Source: Trichosphaerium sp. ATCC 40318
Taxonomy: Eukaryota; Protista; Tubulinea
NCBI GenBank assembly: GCA_038496445.1
Contig: JALMLS010000373.1
Coordinates: 1-64,000, forward strand
Direction: 5' to 3'
Length of the DNA: 64,000 nucleotides
The notes beneath the pieces were generated by a model. It saw only the letters and a program-made list of their open reading frames with translations, searched no databases and was not told where the DNA came from. A program made the position numbers and the translations under genes. Shown here in pieces: positions 36,967-50,700 of this stretch. How positions within the stretch are numbered: the first letter of the stretch is position 1; every line of letters starts with the position of its first letter.

Positions 36967-37720
36967 TAGAGGTGGCAAATACCGGTCCGATACCGGTCCG
37001 GTTTCAATATATCGGTTTTCGGTACGTAACCGGTCCGTGATTTAGAACAAGAGCAGTATTCATTCAGTGAATAACAATGTAAGTGGCTTCTTTTTGAACC
37101 ACCACTCACTTTATTTTGAATAAAAGTAGCCTGAAACGCCTTAAAATTGAGAGTTCTACACATAGAGTGGTTGAAAGCCCTCAATCAGCCCGTTTTAACA
37201 AAATTAAGTTTAGCGCGGTAAAACAAGGTCACGCTTGCCTAACCGCTACTTTTTTTGAGTCAAAATGTGCCTGTGGTGACGTTATTTTGACATTTGGACA
37301 AAATCAAGGCGATGTTACATACTTTCATACACTTTCACCCAAACATCTTTTTATCACTTTGTGCGCGTAGAGCAACTTGTCAAGTGCATTGCTTACGCGA
37401 AATAATAGTATCTAAACTATTTTAGGTATGAAAAAAAAAAAGTGGTGATATTCAAACCTGCCACAAAAAGTGTACAGCCACCTTATGTGCATGCACACAG
37501 TGAGTAGGTCAATGGATGGAGGGTTCTGAGATTTTGTGACAGGGACCGTTTGGACCGATAAAAATCCAAGGGAGTACCCTTTGACAAAAATTCCTTTTTC
37601 GGCTATTTTTCCGATTTTCCAAGGGTACTCCCTTTGACAGCGGACCGTTTGGACCGTTTACGGACCGGTCTTTGCGTTTCGGTCCGGAACCGGTTCGGAC
37701 CGGTATTTCTGCCATCTCTA
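36967..37720. mobile_element. Non-autonomous hAT-superfamily DNA transposon (MITE-like, 754 bp)
   Basis: Imperfect TIRs TAGAGGTGGCAAATACCGGTCCGA / TAGAGATGGCAGAAATACCGGTCCGA, perfect 8-bp TSD GTATTTGG (36959-36966 and 37721-37728), and clustered subterminal GGACCG/CGGTCC motifs. No transposase ORF. Confidence 0.92.
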
Positions 37721-37990
37721 GTATTTGGTTCAAATCCATTTAACACGAATCACCTTGAATGATCCTTTTACGCTATACCAAAACAGCACAACGCTTCGGG
37801 TAGGGCGGTACCCTATTTGGTTGGCACTCTACAAAAACTAAAAGTGCGAATTTGGCATATCACTTCAAACACTAGCACAACTCGTCTCGCTCTTTTCGTA
37901 AACAAAAGAAAGGAGTCACATTACACTTAAAACCCCTTCACAATATAAAAATGCACAACTTGACGATACTCTTACTTGATTGCACAATAG

Positions 37991-38806
37991 CCTTTGATAA
38001 CCGTGCTCCTGGTATCAGAACTTTAAAAACTTCGAAGATTCAACCTTTGGAAATTCAGGCACGTGATTTCTTTTTGTTGTTTTGGAAAGTACCAATAATT
38101 AACTTGCTTCATTTAGGTGAAACTGATTGCGCTCCTAACAACAGAGGGCGTTCTCATTTGGAAGATTTGCAACCCACTAGTGATTCCAATGGAAACTGTA
38201 ATATTGGTTGGCGCAAGCAGGAGAATGGGTTGAATATGACATAGATTTTACAAGCTGGTGTATGACGTGAGTCTTCGTGTAGCTTCTGATGTACAGGGAC
38301 TTAAAACTGTTAATGTTATCATTAATGAAAGGACAACTTCTATTACTTTCCCTGCCACAGGAGACTGTCACTGAGACAATCGGACAAGTCAATGGAGGTG
38401 GTCGTAATGTTCGCATTGGCTCCGCTTCAGATGATGTTAACTTGAACTTCATGGATTTGCAGTTATCCAGCGCAAACAACAATGGTGGTTTCAACAACAA
38501 TGACGGCAACAATGACAGTGGTTTCAGTAACAATGGAGGCAATAACAACGGAAACAACAATTATGACTTCAACAATCACAACAGTGGCATGAAGAATTGT
38601 CCACCTTTCAAGCGTTCCATCATGTACGTCTCCACTTTTATTTATTTGATGTCGTATTTCTTGCTTCTGCTGTTGTCCTTAAAGGTAACGGTATTACTCA
38701 TATGAACGTCACAGTACCACAAGATGCTTTATTTGGTTCTCAATGCGCATTTTCTACTTCTATTTTCAAACACGATCCAACAGAGGATCACATCATTGTC
38801 AAATAA
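37991..38806 (+). pseudogene. Frameshifted CBM6-like carbohydrate-binding module gene with Asn-rich linker
   Basis: Fragments in shifting frames: APGI / NFKNFEDSTFGNSG..DLQPTSDSNGNCNIGW / QAGEWVEYDIDF / YDVSLRVAS..FPATG / ETVT..VNLNFMDL. About four frameshifts; two introns retained. Confidence 0.72.
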
Positions 38807-39131
38807 TAAAAAAAACAATTGTAGTTCATATTTTTTTCAGATTGTCGTTTACTGTCTTTGAGTACTTTTTTTTGTTAGCTTTCTATTTGTTGTCATTGTT
38901 ATTATTTTGCTACATTGGTGAAATTCAAAATATCTCTACAGAACATGTAGTTGCAAATTGCTAGTCAGTTATTTCGATTTAAGATGTTCAGGCCCAATAT
39001 TTGGTACTTTTTGTGCATCTTGCAGTGCAAATACTTCGTCTGTAGGAATAAGTTAGATTGAGGAAAACAAGAATAAAATTATTTAACAAAAGCCAGTCCC
39101 ACAAATTCATTAGGAAATGGCCACTTTGTTG

Positions 39132-42107
39132 TCATTTTCCCTGAGGTTTTAGGCCATTTCCCACTAAACTTATTGGACCATCTTTTTTTTTTTCGTACCT
39201 TTTGTACATTGTGAGTAGTCCCATTCACCATTAATATTTTGCTCAGTGCAAAATATTATTGAAGGCCCTTCGCATTCCATATTTTTTGTTGCATACAAAT
39301 CGCTACCTAAGATAGATTCTGTGATTAGAAAAAAGCTCATCATGTTTTTTTCACAGAAAAATGAGGATGTATTTACCATATCGTGGTACAGCTTTAGGGT
39401 CTGATCCCATTACTATAGGAGCCGGGAAGAAGTATCTCTCTTGTCCAAGTGAGTGAAGAGGAACAATACCAGCAATCTTGGTTGAAGTCAGTGATGTTCA
39501 CAACATGAAGAACTAATAACAAATTTGTTGTGGTTTAAGTCTTACGCTAGTATTTTTCTTCTTTGGAACCGTTTTATCCTTTTTATTCCATCTTCCATAT
39601 GTAGCACGTGCACTCTGGGTAATTATACAATAAAACCTTGATGAGATGTAAGCGAATCAACGAAACAGATTCAAGAATTGTTTGTTTACATCAAAAATCG
39701 AAAAAAAAAGCAAATCGCACTTTTTATTGCCAACCTGTGCAAACCTGCGACAAGCAACATTCTTTGGATTGATGTCATCGCGTAATTTATAAAAAGTGTC
39801 GAATAACGATAAAGGCTTAGATTTCTGCTCCAATACTTGACCCTAAAAACTCAGTTAAAAGTTTTCCCTTTGGTTTTTTTCTCAATATATTCTCGAAGTA
39901 CGTACTGGTACACCTCGCTTTACATCTGCCTGTACTACAACTATATTTATTTCAGATTTTTGCCTTGACGCCATGCCAAAATCGAATAGGACCATTCGAT
40001 CATAAACCTGGAAATAACTCAGTAAAGTTGGAACACTTGTTTTTTCGTTGACCAACAATATTCCTTTTGGTGTTTTTTTGTGTTGGTAGTCTATTCATAC
40101 CTTAATCACGAGCCTCTGTGGATCTACCCAAGACATATTTGCGCTCCATCCGCAAAAATAAGGCATCAAAAAGGAGCTGTTACTTTCAAGTGTGATTGGA
40201 TCAATGAAATGAATAATACCTTGTTCTGAGTACTTTTTTTTTGAGAAGAACAAAAGTTAGTTGTTACACCTTTTCATAGCACAAGTCGTTAAATCTAAAG
40301 ATTGGACATATTGTCAAACGTACACATATGAATCTATTATATTGTACTAGTATATTATTCATCTTTCGTAGTTCTTCACAGAACCTTGACGATATTTTTT
40401 TGTTAGCCTCAATATCCCATAAACAAAGCCAAGGATAAGATGTGTTACTACCAGCCTTTCTCATAGTTACACTAACAGCCAGCTATTGATTTTATAATTA
40501 GAAAGTCTATAAACAAGTCTACACTCACTTGATTGCTATTGGGATCAATAGAGGCTGAGACCTAAACAGAAATAAGGAAACGAAATCACGAAAAAAGTGA
40601 GAAAATAGAAGAAAAAAGTCACTAATTCGTACAACAGTGTATCGCGCTAAATTATCCGGAAGGTCAATTGATGCCTTTGGTATACTTGTGTCACTAAGAT
40701 CGTATATTTCTAATTTTTGCATGATATCTATTGAAGTGGTTAATAATGATTTTCTGGAGTAAAAAAAAAGTGAGGCTTACTTGTAGTTGTTGTCGGATCA
40801 AACCTTGCTACACATACATAATGTCCATTATAGGCAATCAACTATGTGGTACTTGAGATGTTTTAGTATTTAAATACGAACAATACCTTGAAAGTGTTGG
40901 AGATATCGATATCACTAAACCTTGTCAGTTGCTGTCAGTTAAATATTATACAGGAAGTACGTGAAAGTTTGTGCTTCAAGAGATACGAGTTTCAAGTGAC
41001 TGTGACGGCGATAGTGATCACCATACGCAATAATACGAGCAGTTCCATCTTTATTATACTTACCAGAGCGACTAAAAATCCACCATAAGCTGAAACAACA
41101 TAGATAACTGAAAATGAAAACTGAGGCAAAAAAAAAATCCCAAAGAAAACAAAAATCTTCTTAAACAAAGACTCCATGAAACTAACCTGTATGGTCTTGC
41201 AGTAGGAAATACCAACTCTATTGTATGTGTTAGTTTAAACACAAAGAACCGAAAAAACCTCATCCAGCAAGACGTACTGAAGTCAGCAATCTTCTTTGTC
41301 TCCTCGCCCTTAACGTAATTTGTTCTTGTCACAATATGCTGCCAACGTTCGCTACTAGATCCAATAATCTCCTAAGTAATCTGTGAGTGTTAACTCTGCG
41401 TTGCAAGGATCAGTACCTGAGTTTGGTTTTTGAACTGAATTGCTCGTTTGTGCTTTCCCTTCTCTGTCCATGGAATACGTTGAACCGTTTGACGTATTGG
41501 ATCAACCAGTTCTGTGTTAAGGACGGTACGCTAGAAGCTCGTTTAGGTTCCAAGACTGTTGGTAGTTCCTATAGTGACGTACATGGTCGTAAGAGCCGTA
41601 CTCTATGATATGAACCCACGATATAGAGAGAATTGGCCATATAAGTGCGTCACAATAAAATCCGTACTGAACGCGCCTTTAGACGGTAAAAAACGTGTAG
41701 ATGCTATAAGTACCTTTCCTGTCATTTCAGTTACTCTACGAGTGTGTTTAGATTATGTAAAAAGTTTTGTACAAAACCGTTTATACCTGTTTTGTGAAGC
41801 TATAACAAGTGGTAGTACTCTTGACTTCTTTATATTGTAATTTGCCATTGACAGGCGAATACAAGCTTCTTTCCAATCTTGAATATGCGTGTAGTTGCAT
41901 TCACGCTTGTAAAGTAACTAGAAACAAATTAACGCCAAAAAATACAAAAAATATATTCGTCAAGTGATTTACCTTCCACAATGAGCTGTGTCCTGTTGAT
42001 GCGCACCAAGCATTGTTTACACAAGCACATTTTAGTACATCTATTGGTTTTAGGTTCGTGAAAATACCAAACAGCAGTTCGGGAGGAAAGTCTGCAATGT
42101 GTTGCAT
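39132..42107 (-). CDS. F-box protein (multi-exon, C-terminal region unassigned)
   Basis: IADFPPELLFGIFTNLKPIDVLKCACVNNAW..SSLWK followed by many GT-AG-linked exons. The 3' end is approximate. Confidence 0.75.
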
Positions 42108-43465
42108 ACTGTGCGAGTTGTATTACAGCAAGCGGAGTTCGCTTGTCAGCTTTCTGGTCAAAAAATGTCACAGCTATTTCAAATCCATTTCACAAATTAA
42201 ACCAATGGTTGCGCATCATATTCACACGTTCTTGACGTAGTTTAACGCAAAGCAAAGCTTATTAGTACGTTTTAGTAAAGTTTTGTTTATTTTTCTTCTT
42301 GAGACCGAGCTAGTAGAGATTTTATGCCAGTGACGATATATTCTTTGCAGAGAAGAGTAAGATCCTTCATAAATGTTGAATGATAGTTTTCAATCTGAGG
42401 TGTTAGAACTCTACTACGCTTGGTCTCACCAGATTAAGCTGGGTTGGATGTAATGATGAAAGAGATCAGATTCTGAATACTTCGTGATCATCTATCGGTC
42501 TACACAACCATTCTTTCTGAACATCATCCCTTCGCTACAATAAGCCTAAAACCAATTCATACTACGTTTTTGGAGCTAATTGGCAATACTTAGGCTCATG
42601 CAGCTCGTTTGGTTTGCGAATACTATTCGTATACGCTCAACAACGTAGTACGGATGTACCGTGAACTCAATGAGAAAAAAACAGCATTCAACAAGTGTCA
42701 GTATGTCACCGGCCTACGAGGGAATGCCACTACTGAGGTTTTTCTAGAGCTCGGGAATACAAGCTATGGCGTACTCAGTACTAAAAGGTATGCGATTTGT
42801 CTACCTACTAGCTCATTGCTTAGTTGTTTATAGACAAAATAGTGCAGCTAGCATTACGTTCAAGGACGGAGCATGCTCCTAAAACTTATTCCTCAACAGT
42901 CGCAAGTGATTCAAGGCCAATTTTTTGTGTCGAGTTATCAATCGCGCAGGGAAATACGGATGAATTAGGCGAAGATCCAGAGAAGACCTTTTTCATGACA
43001 TCCAAAAACGTCATATTTCAATGGAAGCAGACTCTGGAGAAGTGAGACGATCTTCATGGTAACTACTAGCAACAGCAGCTTTGTATTGCTTAATAAAGAT
43101 AATATTTACTTTATGTGTCTCTCTAATTGCCCACATTAAGGGTTTGGGTAAAAAATGACTTGTTTAACATTTGACATGCTATGCGACATACTTTTTTGTC
43201 AGTGGTTTTCGTGCTGTGCCTAACAGATCTTTCTATTTGCAGTGGGAGGTGTTGGAATGTCTTTGACATGGAGTGTTTGCAACTCAATATGTGAATCAAA
43301 CAAATTTATTCCTAAGCTAACTTCCTGAGCAGAGGCAACAGAAGTCAAAAGTGGGAAACCGAAACATTTACTTACGCTACCTGTGAATGTCAAAGCAGGT
43401 CATTGCGACGTTTTTTATTTTACCCCAAATTACTTCTCGTTCATAAATTCTGAGAAGTAGAAAGT

Positions 43466-45063
43466 ATGGAGTGCGCACTACCGGGTTCGAATATTCGTGT
43501 ATTCTCGAAGATGATACAGTGTATGCAAAAGATAGGCGAGGAAGTCCTGTTTTTGGCTGGGCCTGATAACGTAACCTTTAACCGTTACGATTTAATACTA
43601 ATACGCCTAGTTGGTCATGCGCGCACTGAATAATGCCCGTTCCGCGTATTTCCAGTTCACGTTACACCGTGACTTCTTTGATAGCTACGAAATGCGCCCT
43701 ATAAGCACAAATCCAGGCGCTACAATAAATTGTCGCTTATTGATCAAGGTACGACAAACTTCCAATAAAAAAAAAAATATTAACGAGCTGAAATAGGCCT
43801 GTTTGGCTGTATTTCGCTCAGCATTAAACCAAGTGGACATCTGTAAAATCTCAATCAGCGAAGATGGAGAGCAAATGATATTTTCGTTACTATGTAAACA
43901 GGGTGTTAAAAAGACGTATAAACTCAACGTAGAAGAGTGTGAACCGCTTCAGGTGACGTTTCTTTCTGTTTTAGTTTTGTTTTATCAAAGGTTACCTCTA
44001 CTCACACTAGATAAAGGCAGTATACGATAAATCACAGTGCCATAACCGTATCTCAGCGCGGGCAAAGACATTGAACGACGTTATACAGAATTATCCTTCT
44101 TCAATTGAAGAAATTGCATTTTACTTGCTTACAGGGTCTCACGCCGGATTAATTATAAAGTAAGTAGCTTCTTCTAGATCCTTAAAGGCTTTTAAGACCA
44201 TACAACCATTGATATCCTCCTTAGGAGCCATATTGATGAGAATAAACCTGAAGATCAACTTGCAAAAATTCTACGTACAGAGGCAACAATAGGACAAACA
44301 GAGTTTGAACTATGGGAGATACAAGAACCTCTAGAACTTGTTTTCTCACTTAAAGAAATGAAAGCTTTACTTGCATTTTGTGAGGCAGTAAACCAAAATG
44401 TTGCTATCTTCATGTCTGGCAACGGAAAGTAAGTACCAAAACCAAACAACATTTTCACATTTTTTTTGTTCATTTTCGTTGAACACCTTGCTCACGTGTT
44501 TAACTCTTCAGGCCATTACTCGTTGCTGTTAAATGTTCACATGCTTTCACAGGTACCTCCCACTCAGAGTTTTCTTTGGTTTTTTTTTTGAATAATATTT
44601 GAACACGTGACTAACACGTGTTTCTTTTGAAATAGCTGATTTTGTGCTTGCTACTGTATTTTCAAAACCTGAGGATGAAGACTCTTCTCAAGCTTCTTCT
44701 GCAATGCAAGTCGATCAATCTTCAGGTCAGCCGCCAAGTTCAGGTGTTTCATCTGGTAGAAACGCTGTTGGCTCTTATGACCCACAAAGTGGTCAATCTG
44801 GTGGATACAACTATGATAATGATAGAGACGTGCGTATGGGTGGTACACCAAGTGGGTATGGAGGTGCTATGTCAGATGCTGGTCTTTTGACTCCTCCTGG
44901 TGGAGTTTCTTCAGAAAATTCTGGTCGCAGACAGCATGAAGATATGAGCGCTCCTTCTTCAAAGAGAAGCCCACAAGGAGCCTTATGGGATGATGGAGAT
45001 GATTATGATATGGCTGATATTGGAGATGATTATACAGATGTACCAGCCAGCCCAGAAAACTGA
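43466..45063 (+). CDS. RAD9: Checkpoint clamp (9-1-1) subunit Rad9
   Basis: IRVFSKMIQCMQKIGEE, RALNNARSAY..FF, CKQGVKKTYKL, FSLKEMKALLAFCE, GKPL and ADFVLATV, followed by a disordered acidic tail. Confidence 0.93.
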
Positions 45064-45502
45064 GAACAACAAACTTTGTAAATAATGTTGTTTGTGTTGA
45101 AAATAAAGGGAGAAATTATTGTAAAGTTCAGAGTAACTACTTATTCAAAGAAAGACCCGCAAATTACATTGTTACTTCACGGTAAAAAGTGGAACTGTCG
45201 ATGCATACAATTTTACGAAGAACTGTAGTATGACGGAAGAGACACTTTACAAGATGCTGCTTGTATGGCTTAATATAACTAATGGTTATATCTCTTAGAG
45301 ACAGCTGTATCACAGTAGTATAAACACTGGGTCATTTGGACAAGTCCTTTTTTTACATTTGTATTTATTTTTCTTGTTTGTAAATCACGTCGAACAAGGT
45401 TAACATAACAAACACAAGAATTTTTTTGTACTATTAAAATTAAAGCTAAAGTTATCGGTACGGTACATGGATATAAACCTGACCAGACGTGCTCTCTTCG
45501 CC

Positions 45503-48500
45503 TCATTGTACACATTCCTCATATGGTCTATAGTTTTCCTCATTTTCACAGAAGTGAGCCATAGAGCTTTTTGTAAAATGAACTTCAGCTTCCCATGATG
45601 AAAGAGATATAGCAGGTGCAATACCATCAGCAACATCAAAATCAGTAAATGCAACACCTAATAAACTCACATGAGTAACAAAACAAGAAAAAAAAACTCT
45701 TCCAAACACCAAAAAAAAAAAGTATCCTAGCGATAGTATCTACACATGTCGATAATGTATGACAGTTCTAGTAGTTCAAATCCGTCCCTGCCCACAGAAA
45801 TACCTCAAGTTTTATTTTACTCATAAAACCAGTATTTTAATGGGCGTGAGGGAGGTAAAAACGACGGTTTGAGCTGAAAAAAGTAGAAGTTTTTTTGACT
45901 CGCTCTTTCTTCGATTTTCTTCGTACCAAGACCTACGCCATTAATACCAAAAGACATTGTTTTGTTATCACAATCAACCCAAAACTGAATACAATCACCA
46001 GACTTCCATTTCGCACCTTCAAGAAAGTCAAAAAAACCCCAAATAAAACCAAATGTCACTAACTAAGTACGTACATTTTGTTGCATATTTTCTGGACTTG
46101 CCACCATGCCAAATTAACTGTCTGTTCAAATCAACAGCCCAACTCTTATCATCATCTCCTACACCAGTACCCCAGGCGGCATCTGGGTTGGCAGTGACAC
46201 CACGTCTAGCCCATCCTTGATGGAGTTAACAGAAATCAAAAAAACAAAAGAGAAAGAGTGACTCAACGCACCAATTTGAGATACTGCGCTTGAGAATATT
46301 ACAATCTCAAAATACCATTTACCACTCGTTACATAAACATTAGCAGCAGCTGTTGGAAAGTTTGCAGTTACAGATTTTAGTCTGTATCCGTCCGAGGATA
46401 TTGCCAAGTATTTTGTTAATGGAACCATGTAAAGACCTTCACGTCTAGCTTTTCCTGATGCAAAGTTTTAGAAAAAAATTACTTCCAGGTCCTCATCATG
46501 TTTTCTGTCCCAAAAATACAACATTATGGTTGATAGAATAAATACATTCATGAAAAAGAAAAAAGAAAAAAACAAGTACAGGGCAAAAAAAAAAAAAGGA
46601 ATATTTACCGCTAAGATGGTCATCAAGTGAATCAGACCAGAACTTATAAGTTGTACCAGTATCACTAAAGCTAAACCTTGCTATACCAGATGCTATTAAC
46701 AACAAAGACGTTTCTCAGTGTTCGAAATAAATGCAAAAAAACGTTTACGCACGTTGTTTCATCCTGCCAATACTGGCAGTGGTGATATTAGCAATCTTTC
46801 TCAAGATATCAATATGCTTCTCTCTTACGCTCTCCAACTCTGCTATATTATGTATCAAATATAGAGCTGCTAGTAAAGCATTTCTAGACTCATCACCCAT
46901 TTGCACAACAGCGCCTTTAAGCCACTTTAAAGCGCCATACTGAACAATTTTTTCAGCAGTATCAGCTTTAAAAACAGTTAAGTTAACCATCAAGACTTGC
47001 CTCTAAACGGCTATATATCGTACCAGAGAAGCAGAATGAGTGTATTAGACGAACGCACTCTATGTACTTTTCTTTTCCAGCATTCTCAACACTTTCTGCG
47101 ACCAACCGTTGCAAGTCATCTTTTTTTTTTGTTAGATAAGGAATGTTATGTTTGTGTTGAACTCTTTGAACTTACCTTGTTCTGAGAAGCTTGATATAAG
47201 GCTGAAAAGGTTTGTAATATAGTATCTAGAATTCTTTCTCTCTCCCATGGCAACATCCATAAACTTCTTAATGATCTTTGATCCATGGAATGTACTGAAG
47301 AAGTTTGCAGCAACACCTGAAAGAAAAAATTAAAAAACACCAAAGCTACAACCTATTATAATTATAACGTACTTTCACTCTTTAGTATTGTATTGGATAC
47401 TACTGACAAACAGCTGTCAACAAGTGCCTCCTTTGCAGCCATAGCTTCAACTATTTTATCGAAACCTCCTTTCTCTGCAAAAGCAGTAGCATTTTTTCCA
47501 GCTAAAAGGGTTTTTTTTAATTAACGAAGGAATGGTTTTACTCAAGTTTACTTACTCTCCAAGTAGTATTTGAGTAGATCACAGCAAGATCTCATAGCTG
47601 GAGCATGTTTCTCTTCTATAGCTTTATCCATGAATCTTAGTATAATATTCAAATCATCGCTGTCTTCAATCGCTGGAGGACGTTAGCTTACAGTTGAAAT
47701 TGGATTTTGTTTTCATTCGTTTAAGTTCTCTTGTCACTTACTCTCATGATGAAGAGCTAATCCTAGAGAAGCACGACCAAATATACGATACATAGATAAG
47801 ATTATCTATCACAAATGTTAAGTCTCAAAGGTGAAGCAGAATGAAAAAAAAAACCTATTCTAATAAACGTACCATAAACACTTCCTGAACTGAATCATTA
47901 TGGCGATCTATTGCATCCATGAAGCTTCTGAATAAACCCAAAGAGACCATCTTCATAATACGAACAAAGTTATTCTCAGCATGATCAATCTCAGCAATAG
48001 ATCTCAGCAGATTTGCAGCAGCAGCCTACACAATAACATGAGGAGAAAAATTTCAAAAAAAAAAAGAAGTTTAGCATACTGTTAGTTTTGGAGAACTCTC
48101 TGGAGACTTGAGGTAATTTAAACCGATACTACACATACTTAGCATACATATTTACGATACCAAATGTCATACAGGATAATATCGTATTTCTCAAACTCAT
48201 CAACAAGCTTTTGTACGTGTGATTCTTTACCCTGACGCCAAGATAGAACAAACGAATCTAGAAAAAAAAATGTTACAAAAAAAAAGAATATTTTGAGATT
48301 AAAATAACTAACATTGACGGAATAAGTTTGCTATGGTATTACAGTGACCAATAGTGATATCAGCATCTGTACTCTTCAGCTTTTTTGCCATAATATCGAC
48401 GACTAACAGTACATTAACATTAAAAGAAAATCTAGGAAACCCAAAATGGGTTTCTTCAAGTAGTTCAACATGGCAAGTTTCCATAACCCACCAAGTCCGT

Positions 48501-50209
48501 AGAAATACTTAACGTTGTGGACAGTGATAATTTTGATAGTTTCTTATTGTAAATATACGTTTTTATGGACTTGGTGGGTTAAGGAATGAAGTATGAATGA
48601 AACACGGCGGAATATATCTGTGTAGTAAACTAGCTTACCTTCCATGAGGAATAGTGCGTCATCATCATTAAGTGAGCCACCACTAGTAGGTGGTCGACTA
48701 CGAGGAGCATGGTGACAATTACCATTTACGTCAATAGACGAGTATTCCTTGTCTAGTCTAATTTTGCAAATCTGAGAAAATCGAGTAAGAATCTCACTTT
48801 TTTTCTGTTAGGCGTACCCTACTATTTGAAATTTTTACTGAAGCGTCTTTACCAACACGTATAGTGGCTATAAATAACATTAGAAAGTCATTGAGAGCAA
48901 GTGTACAATAAAGACCATAACAGTAATTTTTTTTCACATATCAAACAAAAAAAAAGCATACTATTTAAATCACCGCATAGCAATGCACGTGCTCCCTCAG
49001 CCACTTCAAGACTTCCTTCGGTGGTAGATTCATCGATTATATTTACTTTATATAAACCGCCTCCTTTTGCACGCCAAACTAAGTTTTCTTTTCCAACACA
49101 AAACTCTACATACTGTGAATAAAAAAAAAGGAATAGACACCAAACTATTTAAGGATTTCCTTTCCGTACCAGAGTTGAGCTTCATACGTGAGCTCTCACA
49201 ACCAACAATGTAAATAGCCTTATCTACTACAGTATGGGAAGGTTTAGGCTGGAACAAAGTTAGTATTGTCTTACTTTTATAGCAGTAGACATCAAAAAGA
49301 AATACAACATACAGGTTCTTCATTGTCTTCTTCATCATTTGATCCCTCAACACCTGCATTGGCGGCTGGATTTGCACGTAACATGTAAGCATAACGAGTC
49401 TGGGGCACCACCACTCTACCTGTGCTAGAGTGGACTCCTAAACAGTAAGTGTTAGAAACGCACACTGTCTTGCCCTTTTGCGTCTTAAAAAACGTACCTG
49501 CCAGCAATAAGATAAGGTCGCCGTCTTTGACATGCGCTTGAGCTTCCGAAATTGTAGCGAACACCTTAAAATAGGGATAAGAAAAGAAAACTCTTTGATT
49601 TCATGAAAAAAAAATCCAAAAAAAAACTTTTGAAAAGCCAATTGTTTCGTTCTTCTACTGTACCCTTTGCTTTCGCTTTGGTGTTCCTTCAGTAGATTTA
49701 AATTCTTCAAGACTTGTAGGTAAATCAACAGCCCAATTTGGAGGTGGTGTAGAAGGATAAACGACTACGAAGGTGCTCTAAAGGAAGTTTAAGAAAAAAC
49801 TGACAAAAAAAAAAGTAGGAGCGTACCAAAAGCCTGTACACTTGTTTTGATGTCCATGGTGTATCTAGCATGGCGCTGGATATGCCTTTTATCTTTGATA
49901 GTGCTAGAAATCTCATATACTCAAGTGAGAAAGGAGGAACAGGAATCGCTCTACCTATTTACGAAAAAAGTCAAAAGAAAAGTTGGACATGGAGCGTTAT
50001 CTGTGAATATTCGTTGTTGGTTGTCAGTTCAAGGAAAAGGAGTAATGGTTGATGTACATACCGAAGCGAAAGTGCGCGGCAGTAGGTTCTTCTGGTTCAG
50101 CTGGCATTTCAGGCTCTATGGCATAATATTTGATGTATTCTTCCAGTACAGGTTGCCTAGGTTTGTGGTTAACGCGGTAAGTGCCACAATGGCGCCATTG
50201 TTGATGCAT
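45503..50209 (-). CDS. Multidomain protein: beta-helix-like segment + ARM repeats + C-terminal SPRY domain
   Basis: VFATISEAQAHVKDGDLILLLAG, ARM-like helices, and SPRY motifs SGKWYFEI, QIGW, GVGDDKSWAVD, WKSGDCI..MSFGINGVGLG and PAISL. Confidence 0.78.
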
Positions 50210-50700
50210 GTCAAGAATTTGGTAAACATATCAAACAAGCCTTTAAATGATAGTGTAGGACTTCTTAGTCAGCTTTCGTTTGTACAATAAGGCAATTTAC
50301 ATCGTTTTTTTTTTGTTTGATGTTAAAAACTATTGGGTACACTCTTTTGGTGCGCGTTGGCGTTACGTACCACTGTTCTTCGGTGTCAGCAATGTCATTC
50401 CATTCTCTACAAACCAATAGTGCGGAATAAACGCCAGTACCATCTAAGAACGAAAAAACATGTATCTAGCGTTCAGGTAAGTGTACATTGTCTTTTCAAC
50501 AAGGTGTTACCAGTAATTCCAAAGGTAAGTCGTCAAAATAAGGATAAGCTTCCATTTTGGAACGGTTACAGCAAGTTGTCAACCTAAGAAATTCACAACT
50601 TCAAACAGGCTTAAGTGTTCCCAATTTTCTTAAGCCACACTAGCGCTATTACGTAATTTCTGTAAATAATAGGGACTGTGGCTATTCAATAGTACTTTAT

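Noticed and set aside
42200-43045. Possible gene on the + strand (ORFs 42609-42833 and 42824-43045 with splice-like signals)
   Set aside because: I could not assemble an open 5' part or recognise a domain. It may be a degraded or hypothetical gene but is not supportable.
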